64,000 nt of DNA from Acidimicrobiia bacterium (GCA_035471805.1 DATIPS010000058.1:1533-65532), one strand, 5' to 3'. Counted from the first letter of the stretch, positions 18,994-29,650 are shown. The notes: generated by a model from the sequence alone, not told the origin. Made by a program: numbers and translations.

Positions 18994-19716
18994 TTACTCC
19001 ATTTCGCCGAGATAGGCGGCCGACAGTTTGGGATGCTGCAGGAGATTGGCAGCGGTATCTTCGAGGACGATCGACCCGGTCTGGAGAACGTATCCGCGGT
19101 TTGCGATCGAGAGAGCCATATGTGCGTTCTGTTCGACCACGAAGATCGTTGTTCCTTGCAGGTTGATCTCCTGGATGGTCGCGAAGACCTGCTCCACGAG
19201 AATAGGGGCCAGCCCCATCGACGGTTCGTCCAGCAGGAGCACTTTGGGTCGGGCGGTCAGCGCCCGACCTATCGCCAGCATCTGCTGCTCGCCACCGGAG
19301 AGCGTCCCCGCCCGCTGGCGAATTCGCTCCTTGAGCCGCGGGAATAGAGAGAAGACCCTCTCGATGTCTTCCTGAACCGCGGCCTTGTCGTCGCGCAGAT
19401 TGGCGCCGATCTCGAGGTTCTCCTTCACCGACATCTTGCCGAACAAACGGCGATTCTCCGGGACCATCGTCAAGCCACGGCTCACGATTTCGGGGGTGGT
19501 CAAACCCTCGATTCGCTCACCGTCGAACACGATCTCACCGGCGTTCGCCCTCGTCATTCCAAGGATGGTTCGAAGTGTGGTTGATTTGCCGGCGGCGTTG
19601 GAACCAAGCAGGCAGACGATCTCGCCCTCTTGCACATCGATGGAGATGTCGTCCAGCGCCCGGACGGGCCCGTACGAAGCGCTGACATGGCGGAGGCTCA
19701 GGATTGCTTCGCTCAT
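18994..19716 (-). CDS. livF: branched-chain amino acid ABC transporter ATP-binding protein
   Basis: Walker A GSNAAGKST, signature LSGGEQQ. Confidence 0.85.
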   Translation of the reverse strand: MSEAILSLRHVSASYGPVRALDDISIDVQEGEIVCLLGSNAAGKSTTLRTILGMTRANAGEIVFDGERIEGLTTPEIVSRGLTMVPENRRLFGKMSVKENLEIGANLRDDKAAVQEDIERVFSLFPRLKERIRQRAGTLSGGEQQMLAIGRALTARPKVLLLDEPSMGLAPILVEQVFATIQEINLQGTTIFVVEQNAHMALSIANRGYVLQTGSIVLEDTAANLLQHPKLSAAYLGEME

Positions 19717-20501
19717 TGCTGATCTTCCGATCCGGCCTTGCCGAGGTAGGCGGCGATGACCTGAGGGTCGGCTGCGACTTCGTCGTAGCTGCCTTCGGCG
19801 ATCTTCTTCCCGTAGTCGAGAGCGACGACCCGATCAGACACTCCCTTGATGACGGGCATGTCGTGCTCGATGAGAACGATCGCATAGCCCTTCTCGTCCC
19901 TGAGCCGGCCGATCAACTCGATCAACCCTTCCTTTTCAGCCGGGTTCATCCCGGCAGCCGGTTCGTCGAGGAGGAGGAGTTGCGGTTCGGTAGCCATCGC
20001 CCGTGCGATCTCGAGGCGCCGGCGGTCGGCGTAGGCGAGTTCGGAGGCGAGAGAGTTGATGCGCGGAGTCAATCGCTCGCCGAAGAAGGAAAGAGACTCG
20101 ATGGCCGATGCGTGAACCTTCTGTTCCTCGGCCACCGTGTGGCGGGTGTTGAACAGCGCTCCATAGATTCCGGCCTTGGTTCGCGTGTGTTGGCCGACCA
20201 TCGCATTCTCGAGAACGGTCATTGCCGCAAAGAGTCGTACCGATTGGAACGTTCGAGAGATGCCGACCCTGGTGATCTGGTTTGGCTTGAGTCCGACGAG
20301 ATTGTGCCCATCGAAGTTGATCTTGCCTGCATCCGGCGAATAGAAGCCGGTGACGATGTTGAACAGCGTCGTCTTTCCGGCTCCGTTCGGCCCGATTACT
20401 CCGACGATCTCGCCGGGATCGGCGAAGAAGTCGACGCTGTCGACCGCCTGCACGCCCCCAAATCGCTTTGAAACACCCTCGAGTTCGAGGAGGTGGCTCA
20501 T
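19713..20501 (-). CDS. livG: branched-chain amino acid ABC transporter ATP-binding protein
   Basis: Walker A GPNGAGKTT; LivG C-terminal extension. Confidence 0.85.
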   Translation of the reverse strand: MSHLLELEGVSKRFGGVQAVDSVDFFADPGEIVGVIGPNGAGKTTLFNIVTGFYSPDAGKINFDGHNLVGLKPNQITRVGISRTFQSVRLFAAMTVLENAMVGQHTRTKAGIYGALFNTRHTVAEEQKVHASAIESLSFFGERLTPRINSLASELAYADRRRLEIARAMATEPQLLLLDEPAAGMNPAEKEGLIELIGRLRDEKGYAIVLIEHDMPVIKGVSDRVVALDYGKKIAEGSYDEVAADPQVIAAYLGKAGSEDQQ

Positions 20502-22195
20502 GATGACCCCCCTTCGGCGACCTCCACGGCCGCGCGTTCTTCCCCTTCGTGAAGCTCGCGCTGGCGGCGCTTGTTCGGCAACAGGCCCTCCGGCCGGAAG
20601 ATCATGATTGCGATGAGGATGGCACCGTAGATCAATAGGCGGAACTCACCGAACTCACGGAGCAGTTCGGGCAAGCCGACAAGGGCGGCGGCACCGACGA
20701 TGACGCCCGGAATCGACCCGATCCCGCCGAGAATGATCACTGCAAGCACGTTGATCGACACCTGGAGCCCGAAGCTGTTGGGGAAGATCGAGCCGATCTT
20801 GGCGGCGAAGAAGACTCCACCCAGACTTCCGACACCCGCACCCATGGCAAAAGCGAGGAGTTTGTAGCGGACCACGCTGATTCCCATCGCCTCGGCAACG
20901 TCTTCGTCCTCGCGCATGGCTGCCCAGGCACGCCCGACACGTGAATCGACGAGCCGGTAGGAGATGTATGCCGCAATGAGGCCGAAAGCGAGGATCAGAT
21001 AGTAGATGTGTTGCGGGTTCCTCAGATCGAACGAAGCAGGCGGTGCCGCCGGGACTCTGGTCAAACCCTGAGCTCCACCGAGGTACGGAGCCAGCCAGTC
21101 TGATAGAACCAGCGTGCGAATGATTTCGCCGAAACCGAGCGTCACGATCGCCAGGTAGTCGCCGCGCAACCGGAGAACGGGGGCGCCGATGGCCGCGCCG
21201 ATCACCACGGCGATGATGACAACGAACGGCAGCGCAACCCAGAGATTCGTCAGGCCGGCCTCAGCGAACTGTTGTCCTTCCTCGGTCACCAGGAACGAGG
21301 CAGGCGACGTGAAGATTGCCGCCGCGTATGCGCCGACCGCGAAGAACGCAACGTAGCCGAGGTCGAGCAGTCCCGCATAGCCGACGACGATGTTGAGGCC
21401 CAGGCCGAGCAACACGTAGAGGCCGACGGTTCCGAGCACGTCACTGACAAACGGGCCGACTATCCAGGGAAGAGCGACCAGAGCCACGATGGATACCGTC
21501 AACGATGCACGACTCCACGTGCGACGGGTTCCCTCCGGCATGTGGTCGGCAGCCTCCCGGCGGGTCTCGGCACGGCTCATCCACCACCAGCGAAGGCCGA
21601 ACGCAAGGGCGAGGACGATGATTGTCCCGGCGATTGTGAGGCCACCGAGTTCATAGAGCCAGCCGGTCGGAATCTGCAGGTTGCCGAGCGTAACTCGCAG
21701 GATGGGTTCGCCGAGGCTCATGAGCAGTGTGATGCCGATGGCGAAAACCACTGCCGACCGGAGATGGCTTTCGAGCCCGACTAGGACACCGGCAACGGCT
21801 CCCACCGCCGTCGACGCTACGACCATCATGATCGCACCGGAGACCGGATTGAGGCCAAACTCGAGGGTCTCCAGCAACCCGGGAGTGATGCTGACGAACA
21901 TGCCGCGCACGTCGAGCCCGGCGTTGATCAACCCTTCAAACCCCAGGGTCACGATTGCGACGAACGCGCCGGAAACGAAGCCGACGGCGATGCCGGTCGC
22001 AAAGGGTGAATCGCTCTTGCGAGCGGAGGTGTAAGAGGTGATCGCAAAGGCAACGAGCATCAGGACCACACCGAGCCCGACCAACCCCGTGATGACGTTG
22101 CGGTCCTGGAAGCGTTCGACCATGCCGATCGCGGACAGGTAGATGACGACGATGCCGCCGATCAGACCCGGCTTCAATGCGGATCGCAGCTTCAT
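20498..22195 (-). CDS. livM: branched-chain amino acid ABC transporter permease with ~220-aa N-terminal extra membrane domain
   Basis: C-terminal 330 aa match LivM core; N-terminal extension resembles DUF3382-type. Confidence 0.8.
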   Translation of the reverse strand: MKLRSALKPGLIGGIVVIYLSAIGMVERFQDRNVITGLVGLGVVLMLVAFAITSYTSARKSDSPFATGIAVGFVSGAFVAIVTLGFEGLINAGLDVRGMFVSITPGLLETLEFGLNPVSGAIMMVVASTAVGAVAGVLVGLESHLRSAVVFAIGITLLMSLGEPILRVTLGNLQIPTGWLYELGGLTIAGTIIVLALAFGLRWWWMSRAETRREAADHMPEGTRRTWSRASLTVSIVALVALPWIVGPFVSDVLGTVGLYVLLGLGLNIVVGYAGLLDLGYVAFFAVGAYAAAIFTSPASFLVTEEGQQFAEAGLTNLWVALPFVVIIAVVIGAAIGAPVLRLRGDYLAIVTLGFGEIIRTLVLSDWLAPYLGGAQGLTRVPAAPPASFDLRNPQHIYYLILAFGLIAAYISYRLVDSRVGRAWAAMREDEDVAEAMGISVVRYKLLAFAMGAGVGSLGGVFFAAKIGSIFPNSFGLQVSINVLAVIILGGIGSIPGVIVGAAALVGLPELLREFGEFRLLIYGAILIAIMIFRPEGLLPNKRRQRELHEGEERAAVEVAEGGSS

Positions 22196-23289
22196 GCGCG
22201 CTTCTCCTCAGATGCTCCGAGGAATCCGCCGGGCAGGAAGATCAATACGAGTACGAGGATTCCGAAGGCGATGACCGGCTGGAGTTGGTTCGGTGAGGGG
22301 ACCTCGGCGCCGGTGAGGAAGAGGTTCGGTCCCACCGCCTCGAGGATCCCGAGGATGAGGCCGCCCATGGCCGCTCCGGTGATGCTGCCGATACCGCCCA
22401 GCACCGCGGCCGTGAAAGCCTTGATACCGGGCAGGAATCCCATAGTGAAGATGACTTGATTGAAGAGGAAGACGTAGAGGATGCCCGCCGCCCCGGCCAG
22501 TGCACCTCCGATCGCGAAGGTGGCAACGATGGTCCGGTCGACGTTGATGCCCATCAGGGAGGCAATCTCGCGGTCCTCGCCGACTGCGCGCATCGACCTC
22601 CCGGTCCGGGTTCGGGCCACGAACAGGTAGAGCAGGACCCAGAGGAGCAGAGCGGCAACGATGACTATGCCTTGCGTCTTGAGCATCTGGATGCCAAAGA
22701 CCGTCCATTTGCCTTGGAGGACTTCAATAGTGGGGTAGGCGCGTACGTTGGCCCCGTAGAAGCCGCGAAACGTGTACTGGAGAAAGAACGAGGCGCCGAT
22801 GGCTGTGATCAGCGGCACGAGGCGAGGTGCACCTCGGAGGGGTCTGTAGGCGAGGCGCTCGAGAAGCACGGCGATGAAGACCGATACGGACATCGAGACC
22901 AGCAGCAAGATGGCTATCGACAGAAGGGGGTTGGAGTTCAGAAAGCCGTTGCCCGCAAAAGCCACTGCGACGAAATAGGCGGTGTACACGCCGGCCATGA
23001 AAACCTCGCCGTGCGCGAAGTTGATCATGAAGAGGATGCCGTATACGAGGGTGTACCCGATGGCGATCAGGGCATATACGCTGCCTCGGGCTAGGCCGTT
23101 GATGAAAAGCGACTGCCAGTCTTCTGCAGTGAAGACCTCGGTTCGGAGGGTGGCGGTGCTTCCGGCCACCACACCGTAGATGATCGACACACTCAGAATG
23201 ATCAGGATTATCCGACGCATCGGGATGCGTTCGAATCGAAGTCTGCGGCTCGACTGTTCGGCGGGTGCGGGAGCGCTCATGGGTGTCAC
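22192..23289 (-). CDS. livH: branched-chain amino acid ABC transporter permease
   Basis: NGLARGSVYALIAIGYTLVYGIL motif; start uncertain (23289 or 23220). Confidence 0.8.
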   Translation of the reverse strand: MTPMSAPAPAEQSSRRLRFERIPMRRIILIILSVSIIYGVVAGSTATLRTEVFTAEDWQSLFINGLARGSVYALIAIGYTLVYGILFMINFAHGEVFMAGVYTAYFVAVAFAGNGFLNSNPLLSIAILLLVSMSVSVFIAVLLERLAYRPLRGAPRLVPLITAIGASFFLQYTFRGFYGANVRAYPTIEVLQGKWTVFGIQMLKTQGIVIVAALLLWVLLYLFVARTRTGRSMRAVGEDREIASLMGINVDRTIVATFAIGGALAGAAGILYVFLFNQVIFTMGFLPGIKAFTAAVLGGIGSITGAAMGGLILGILEAVGPNLFLTGAEVPSPNQLQPVIAFGILVLVLIFLPGGFLGASEEKRA

Positions 23290-23339
23290 GGTGTGAGGAG
23301 GGGGGAAGCTGAAGCGCTTCCCCCCTCGGTCACATCTTC

Positions 23340-24668
23340 TCAGCTATCGAGGCTCGCGACTTCGCTGTAAACCGGGTTGGCGGTGTCGTAGTTCCCGCCA
23401 ATGACCTGGTACACGGCGATGGTGGCCGTCGACTGGCAGTCACCGAGGTCGTTGCAGTTCAACGTACCGGTGATGCCCTGGACGCCGGAGGTGGCGAACA
23501 GTGCGTCCTTCAGAGCCGTCCTCGGGATGTACAGCGTCCCATCCTCGTCGATCGCTACCTCTTTGATGGCGTCGAAGAGCATGTTGGCTGCATCGTAGGA
23601 ATGGGCGTGGAAGGCCGCAGCCGGCTCACCGCCCCACAACTCCAGATAGGAGGTCTTGAACTCGCCCTCGTAGAAGTCCTGGTCGCCGGTGAAGGCAGAC
23701 AGGTCCGGTCCCGACAGGTAGACGCCTTCAACGGCCTCGCCTGCCGCCGCAACGTAGTCGGCCGACAGCATGCCGTCGGAACCGATCAGGATCGTGTCGG
23801 CCAGGCCGTCTGTCTGACGTGCCTGCTGTGTGATCAGGCCACCTTCAGCGGCAAAGATCGGGAAGTAGAGCACGTCGGGGCTGTCTGCGCCGATCGAGGT
23901 GAGCACCGAGGTGAAGTCGGTCTCCTGGACCTGGATGGCTTCACGGACGGTGATAGTGCCGCCGAGCGACTCAAACGTGTCCGCAAACACGGCCTGGAGT
24001 CCGTCGGCGTAGGGGCTGCCGTCATGAATCGTGGCGGCCGTGCGCGCCCCAAGCTCGTTGTAGGCGAACTTGGCGACTGCTGCGCCTTGCAGCTTGTCGT
24101 TGTGGGCGGTACGCAGATAGAAGGCCTGATGCTCCTCGGGCGTAGTCAGCGCCGGACCGGTGTTGGACGGCGAGATGATGGCGATTCCCTTGTCGCTGAG
24201 GATCGTGTCGGCTACACCGAGCGCGGCGCTCGAGCAGCTCGTCCCGATGACCCCGACGGTACTGGGGTCGGCGGCAAGGGCCTGAGCACCTGCCTGGCCA
24301 CCTTCAGCCGAGCAGCCATCATCCTGATGGTTGAAGGCGATCGGATGTCCGAGTAGCTCGCCGTTGACCCCGTCGAACGTTCCGTCGAGGTGGTCGGCGG
24401 CCATCACGACGCCGTTCTGGCTGTCCTGGCCGAGGCTGGCGTTCGGGCCGGAAATGACGAGCAAGGTTCCGATTGTGATCGCTTCGCCGTCTCCGACCTC
24501 CACACAGCCGAATGGGTCGGCATCGCAAGCTGCTGCGGCTCCACCGTCGCCACCATCTCCGGTGTCGGCAACGGTCGTATCCGTGCTGTCACCGCCGCAA
24601 GCGGCGACGATGAGCGCGAAGACCATTAGCAGCAGAACGAGCTTCCCGAAGGATGAGTAGTTCCGCAT
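23340..24668 (-). CDS. branched-chain amino acid ABC transporter substrate-binding lipoprotein
   Basis: GGAGGA RBS then MRNYSS...LIVAAC lipobox; type I PBP fold. Confidence 0.8.
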   Translation of the reverse strand: MRNYSSFGKLVLLLMVFALIVAACGGDSTDTTVADTGDGGDGGAAAACDADPFGCVEVGDGEAITIGTLLVISGPNASLGQDSQNGVVMAADHLDGTFDGVNGELLGHPIAFNHQDDGCSAEGGQAGAQALAADPSTVGVIGTSCSSAALGVADTILSDKGIAIISPSNTGPALTTPEEHQAFYLRTAHNDKLQGAAVAKFAYNELGARTAATIHDGSPYADGLQAVFADTFESLGGTITVREAIQVQETDFTSVLTSIGADSPDVLYFPIFAAEGGLITQQARQTDGLADTILIGSDGMLSADYVAAAGEAVEGVYLSGPDLSAFTGDQDFYEGEFKTSYLELWGGEPAAAFHAHSYDAANMLFDAIKEVAIDEDGTLYIPRTALKDALFATSGVQGITGTLNCNDLGDCQSTATIAVYQVIGGNYDTANPVYSEVASLDS

Positions 24669-24843
24669 TGAGTTTCCTCCTTGAGTACCGCAGGGCGGTA
24701 CCGCTTTTCCCTTTGAACCTGCCGAAGGCAGGATGTGGAGCGGAAGTTTAGGCACGTTGCGGGCAAGGTGGCGGAGGGATCGGCCAATCAGTGGCTTTTC
24801 TTGGGCTTGCTGTACTCTGCCTCGACCGACCGAAGGAGTGTCG

Positions 24844-25554
24844 ATGACCGAGGAGATAGCCGCTGTGGACGCCTACCGGCGTTCGGTTGATGCCGTCGTC
24901 TTGGGTGTTGATGAGGCAGGCGTCATTCTCGATCGCACCGTGTTCTACCCGCGCGGCGGCGGGCAACCGGGTGACACCGGAATCCTGCGGGCGGGCGGAG
25001 CCGAGATACGGGTAATCGACACTTTCAAACAAGGCGGAGAGCTCCGGCATCGGATCGAGGGAGGGAACCTCGCGGCGGGTTTGAGCGTTGAGGCGGTGAT
25101 CGACTGGGAACGGCGGCACACTCTGATGAGAACCCACACGGCGCTGCACGCGCTGTCGGCCGTCATCTGGAGGGACTTCGGTGCCAAGGTGACGGGCGGC
25201 AACATGGAGCCGGGGTCGGCCCGAATGGATTTCGAGCTCGACTCGATATCGACCGACTTCGGCCGCGAAGTCGAGCGTGTCCTGAATGAGGAACTCGCCA
25301 GGGATCTACCGGTTTTCGTTCACTTCCTTGCCAGAGAGGAAGCGCTGGCCGACCCGGATCTCATCCGTACCAAGGTGAACCTGCTGCCTGAGTTCCTCGA
25401 TCCCATTCGAGTGATCGAGATCCAGGGCCTCGACAAGCAGGCCGACGGCGGGACTCATGTTCGATCGACCGCCGAGGTCGGCCGAGTCGCAGTGACCGGG
25501 ACGGAGAGCAAGGGCAAGGCAAACAAGCGGATCCGGATCGAACTGGCAGGCTGA
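24844..25554 (+). CDS. AlaX-type alanyl-tRNA editing (Ser/Gly-tRNA(Ala) deacylase) protein
   Basis: THTALHAL (HxxxH) and GGTHV motifs of the AlaRS second additional domain. Confidence 0.7.
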   Translation: MTEEIAAVDAYRRSVDAVVLGVDEAGVILDRTVFYPRGGGQPGDTGILRAGGAEIRVIDTFKQGGELRHRIEGGNLAAGLSVEAVIDWERRHTLMRTHTALHALSAVIWRDFGAKVTGGNMEPGSARMDFELDSISTDFGREVERVLNEELARDLPVFVHFLAREEALADPDLIRTKVNLLPEFLDPIRVIEIQGLDKQADGGTHVRSTAEVGRVAVTGTESKGKANKRIRIELAG

Positions 25555-26523
25555 ATGCTCGACTTCGTTCTCGGTCTCTACTTCGCAGGTTTGTTCGTTC
25601 GAGGGTGGCTTCGTGGCTTTGTCAAGGAAGCTCTCGACCTGGCCGGGTTGCTCGTCGGCCTGGCCCTTGCGTTTCGATTGAGTGGACCGGCGGGCTCCGC
25701 CGTTGAGGCAGTAACCGGGGTGAGCGACCCGACCGCACCGCTGCTGGGGGGCGTAATCATCTTTCTGGTGGTCGGTATCGGTGTCACCGTTGCCGCCCAC
25801 TTCCTGAACAAGGTGGCCAGGTTGCCGGGTCTCAACCTGAGCAACCGGGTGCTCGGCGGGGTGATCGCTCTGAGCTGGGCGCTGTTTCTCGCAACACTCA
25901 TCTTGTCGCTGGTTCGGGTGCTGCCCCTTTCGGAGTCCATGCAGGACTCCATAGAGGAGTCGCGCGTTGCCTCGACTCTCACCGACCCGGGGTTCGTGAC
26001 GCACCAGGCGTTCTCCGCCATCTCAGGCGACGACATCATCTCGAATCTCTTGAGCCTTCAGGAGGTCCTCGGGGAGAGATCGGTCATCCTGGATGAAGAT
26101 GACCGGATCGAGTTCGCAGCGGTGCCGGTGGACGAACTGGAGGAGGCACCGGATGCCGCACAGGAGATTTTCGAAATGTTGAACATTGCCAGAATCGAGG
26201 ACGGCCGAGCTCCGCTGGCCTTTTCCGAGGGCCTCACCGCCGTTGCCCTCGGCCATGCCCGGGCCATGTATGCCCAGGGCTACTTCTCTCATGTGTCTCC
26301 TGCGACCGGGAGCGTCGCCGACCGGGTCGATGCAGCCCAGATCCCCTACAGAATCGTCGGAGAGAATCTCGCCCTGGCCGTGACACCTTCTCAGGTACAC
26401 GACGGATTGATGGACAGCCCCGGCCATCAGGAGAACATCCTCCGACCGGAGTTCCGCCGGGTCGGGATCGCGGCGATCAAGGGGCCATTGGGGTATATGG
26501 TCGTTCAGGTCTTCAGCGGGTAG
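25555..26523 (+). CDS. CvpA-family membrane domain fused to CAP/SCP (YkwD-like) domain
   Basis: N-terminal 4 TM CvpA-like; C-terminal HARAMYAQGYFSHVSP...GENL CAP motifs. Confidence 0.65.
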   Translation: MLDFVLGLYFAGLFVRGWLRGFVKEALDLAGLLVGLALAFRLSGPAGSAVEAVTGVSDPTAPLLGGVIIFLVVGIGVTVAAHFLNKVARLPGLNLSNRVLGGVIALSWALFLATLILSLVRVLPLSESMQDSIEESRVASTLTDPGFVTHQAFSAISGDDIISNLLSLQEVLGERSVILDEDDRIEFAAVPVDELEEAPDAAQEIFEMLNIARIEDGRAPLAFSEGLTAVALGHARAMYAQGYFSHVSPATGSVADRVDAAQIPYRIVGENLALAVTPSQVHDGLMDSPGHQENILRPEFRRVGIAAIKGPLGYMVVQVFSG

Positions 26524-26586
26524 CGCTTTTGCGTCGCCTGCAGCCGCCCTCCGTTAGCCGTAACCCTGATTCGCTACGCTCTTCCC

Positions 26587-27345
26587 ATGCCCCTCTCTGA
26601 TGTCGCGCAAGCTCTCTTCGATGAGTTCACTTCGGTGTTCAGACCAACGATGGAGGAACGGCTCGGAGCCGGCGGGTTCGCGCTCTCACCGGAAGTCGAC
26701 CTGGCCATCGACACCGGCGAGCAATGGCTGCGCGGCCGGTTGGCCGAACTGCTCGAGCAACCGTTTGCGAAGCAGCAGCGGAGTCCGCTCGAACTCTTCC
26801 AGGCTGCGGCCCGCTTTCCGACCGAGGCGTTGAGTGCGGCAGGAGAGACGCCGGTCGTCAGAGATCGCGCCGCAGCTGCCGCGTTGCCGGGGGACTTGTA
26901 CGGACTGGCACCTGCCTCATCGCAGGAACTGACATCCGAAGCCTGGCGGGCTCATCTCGCCTGGGGCGCCGGCAAAGCTCAGGAAATGGCGCACCGGGTG
27001 CTGCGCCCGCTGGCCGGTGTGTACAGCCGGAACCTGATGGACCGTTCGAAGATCGAGTTGGAACTGCGCGCAGCCGGGTTCGACATCTTCCTACTCCGGA
27101 ACCTCGATCTGGTCCGTAGAGCAATGACGGGCAAGAGGCCGTCCGTCGCTTTCGTCGACCTCGAGAGCCCGGACGTCGACGAGGTGGTGCTCGTGCTCTC
27201 CGGTGCAGGCGTCCGGGTCGTCGCATACGGCCCCCACGTGGACGACCTGGGTCTCCAACGGGTCCTCAGCCTCGGTGCCGCCGATGCCGTCACACGGGCG
27301 CGGTTCTTCGGACGGTTGCACGAGTACCTACCCCAGATCGTCTGA
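26587..27345 (+). CDS. hypothetical protein
   Basis: 252 aa, no recognisable motif. Confidence 0.45.
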   Translation: MPLSDVAQALFDEFTSVFRPTMEERLGAGGFALSPEVDLAIDTGEQWLRGRLAELLEQPFAKQQRSPLELFQAAARFPTEALSAAGETPVVRDRAAAAALPGDLYGLAPASSQELTSEAWRAHLAWGAGKAQEMAHRVLRPLAGVYSRNLMDRSKIELELRAAGFDIFLLRNLDLVRRAMTGKRPSVAFVDLESPDVDEVVLVLSGAGVRVVAYGPHVDDLGLQRVLSLGAADAVTRARFFGRLHEYLPQIV

Positions 27346-28239
27346 CGGGGCCGGTAGGCGAACCGACCCTTTCCACGTTACGAGTGCGATGCCGCTGAGA
27401 ATCAGCGCCACGCCGACCCCTTGCGTCGGAGAGATCGCTTCACCGAGAAGAGTTGTGCCCCAGACGAGTCCGAGCACCGGTTGCAGGAGAATGAGGAAGG
27501 ATCCGGCGAGCGCAGGCAGGAGAGGAAGAGTCGACCCGATGAGCAGCCAGCCGGCTACCTGCACCGTCAACGCCATGAGCACCAGCCAGCCGTGTGACGG
27601 CCAGGCGGGAACGAGGTCGAATCCGGAGTCGAACAGGCCGAGCACGAGAGCCCCGGCCGCGGCTCCGTAGGTTGCGTCGAGCAGTGGTCCGGCAGGCGGC
27701 GCCGGGGCTGTGTTCGCCGATCTGAACATCAGGATGAAACCGGCGTAGGCCATTGCCGCGCCCACTCCGAGAACGACGCCGAGGCCGGGCTCCGCCCCGT
27801 AGGTGTCGATCCTGCCAAAACCCGACAGGAAAGCTGCGCCGGTCAGCACCGTGGGAAGGGCGATGAACGCCGCCCGGCTCGGTCGATCTCGATACACGAG
27901 AAAGGCTGCAAATGCCACGAACAGCACCTGGAGATTCGCCAGAACCAGGCCGAGCGCCGCACCGATCGCATCGATCGCGGCGTGAAAGAGCATCAGGTCG
28001 ACCGACAACATGAGGCCGGCTCCGATGGCCATCGCTCTCTCCCTCGTGGAACGGCGGTCTCGAGAACGAGCGGGGCGCCAAATCAGCAAGAGCATGGGAA
28101 TCGCGTAGAGAGCTCTGAAGAAGGTCACCGTGTTCGGCGACGCCTCGGACAACTTAACGAGAGTGGATGAGAAGGAGATGAATGCGACACCGACCGCGCC
28201 GCGCAGGTAGATGCTCGTCGGGGTTCTGTCGGGCGGCAC
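27328..28239 (-). CDS. DMT/EamA-family transporter
   Basis: 10 TM, duplicated EamA halves. Confidence 0.7.
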   Translation of the reverse strand: MPPDRTPTSIYLRGAVGVAFISFSSTLVKLSEASPNTVTFFRALYAIPMLLLIWRPARSRDRRSTRERAMAIGAGLMLSVDLMLFHAAIDAIGAALGLVLANLQVLFVAFAAFLVYRDRPSRAAFIALPTVLTGAAFLSGFGRIDTYGAEPGLGVVLGVGAAMAYAGFILMFRSANTAPAPPAGPLLDATYGAAAGALVLGLFDSGFDLVPAWPSHGWLVLMALTVQVAGWLLIGSTLPLLPALAGSFLILLQPVLGLVWGTTLLGEAISPTQGVGVALILSGIALVTWKGSVRLPAPSDDLG

Positions 28240-28240
28240 G

Positions 28241-29650
28241 TCAGATGGCGGCCGTCAGAGCATCGAGAGAAGCCTGGATGGCTTCGCCGAAGTAGCGAAG
28301 GTCGGGGACGAGATCCCGATCGGCGTTCAATCCCCAAGTCAGTGTGCCGTCGTAGCTGAACTGAGCCATCCCGAGGCCGTGCTGCGCCCAGAGAGGTACC
28401 AGAGGGACCTGGAGCATCATCCGGGAACCGAGGAGGAACAGCGGAAACTGTGGTCCGGGAACGTTGGTGATCGTCATGTTGAAAGGCCTGATCGTTCCGG
28501 CTGCCAGCCTTGCCCCCATCGAGACGAGCGTGCTCGGTGCTCCGGCACTGAGTTGCACGAGCGTCGAGGCTCCGAGTGCCTGGTCGCTCTCCTTGAGTGC
28601 CTTGGTCTCCTGCTGGACCCGCCTCAGACGTTCGCGCGGATCCGGTTCGTCGAGGGGTAGGGACATGAGCCACATCGCCACCTGGTTGCCGAGCTGACCG
28701 CGCTGATCGGCAGAGCGAACGCTGACCGGTGCCATGATGCGGTAGTCGAGGTCATCAACGGGGAAGTCCCTGCATTCGATCAGGAACTGTCGGATGGCGC
28801 CGGCCGCGACGGCCAGTACGGTGTCGTTGACGGTTCCGCCGAGAGCGTTCTTGATCGCCTTGAGCTGAGCCAGGTCGGTCACCTGCCAGTCGACTCGCCG
28901 GTTCGGGCTCATCTGCCGGTTGAGTGGTGTTTCCGAAGCCGAGCTGAGCCAACCTGAACTCAAGGATTGTGTCATCGCCCGCAAGCGCCTCCCCGCTTCT
29001 CCGGTGAGCCGCTGTGCGTCCCTTGTGAACCGTCCGAGGTCCTTGACGAGGTCGATCGAAGCCCGGAGGCGTCTCCCCGCCTCACCGGCAACCAGTTCGG
29101 CACCGGAGGGAACGGGACGCGGCACCCACCGGGGCGCCTCCTCGATGTCGTCGGAAGGTATGACGTTGAACATCACCGCCATGAGGTCCACACCGGCGAT
29201 GCCGTCGATCATGCAGTGGTGGACTTTGGCTACGACGGCCAGCCGGTCGCCTTCGAGTCCCTCGATTATCGACAGCTCCCACAGCGGTTTGGCCCTGTCG
29301 AGGTTGCGAGAGGCCATGTGCCCTACCAGCTCCTGCAGTTGCTGGTCGGTGCCGGGTTTCGGCACGCTGGAGTGCCGAACGTGGAAAGACAGATCGAACT
29401 CTGGGTCGTCTACCCAAACCGGGTGTCGTTCGAATGGAACCCATGCGAGCTTCTGCCGATACCTGGGTACGTACTGCAACTTCGATCCAACGAAGGCACG
29501 GATCCGATCGAGGTCGATTCCACCGTCGGCCCGGCGCAGGGGGCCGGCCTCGAATATCCCTATTGCCGCAACATGCATGTGGAGATCTGGTGTCTCGAGA
29601 GCCAGAAACGATGTATCCAACGCTGAGAGTCGTTCGTAGCCGGCGGCCAT
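28241..29650 (-). CDS. wax ester synthase/diacylglycerol acyltransferase (WS/DGAT)
   Basis: HHxxxDG active-site motif (HHCMIDG), ~470 aa. Confidence 0.8.
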   Translation of the reverse strand: MAAGYERLSALDTSFLALETPDLHMHVAAIGIFEAGPLRRADGGIDLDRIRAFVGSKLQYVPRYRQKLAWVPFERHPVWVDDPEFDLSFHVRHSSVPKPGTDQQLQELVGHMASRNLDRAKPLWELSIIEGLEGDRLAVVAKVHHCMIDGIAGVDLMAVMFNVIPSDDIEEAPRWVPRPVPSGAELVAGEAGRRLRASIDLVKDLGRFTRDAQRLTGEAGRRLRAMTQSLSSGWLSSASETPLNRQMSPNRRVDWQVTDLAQLKAIKNALGGTVNDTVLAVAAGAIRQFLIECRDFPVDDLDYRIMAPVSVRSADQRGQLGNQVAMWLMSLPLDEPDPRERLRRVQQETKALKESDQALGASTLVQLSAGAPSTLVSMGARLAAGTIRPFNMTITNVPGPQFPLFLLGSRMMLQVPLVPLWAQHGLGMAQFSYDGTLTWGLNADRDLVPDLRYFGEAIQASLDALTAAI

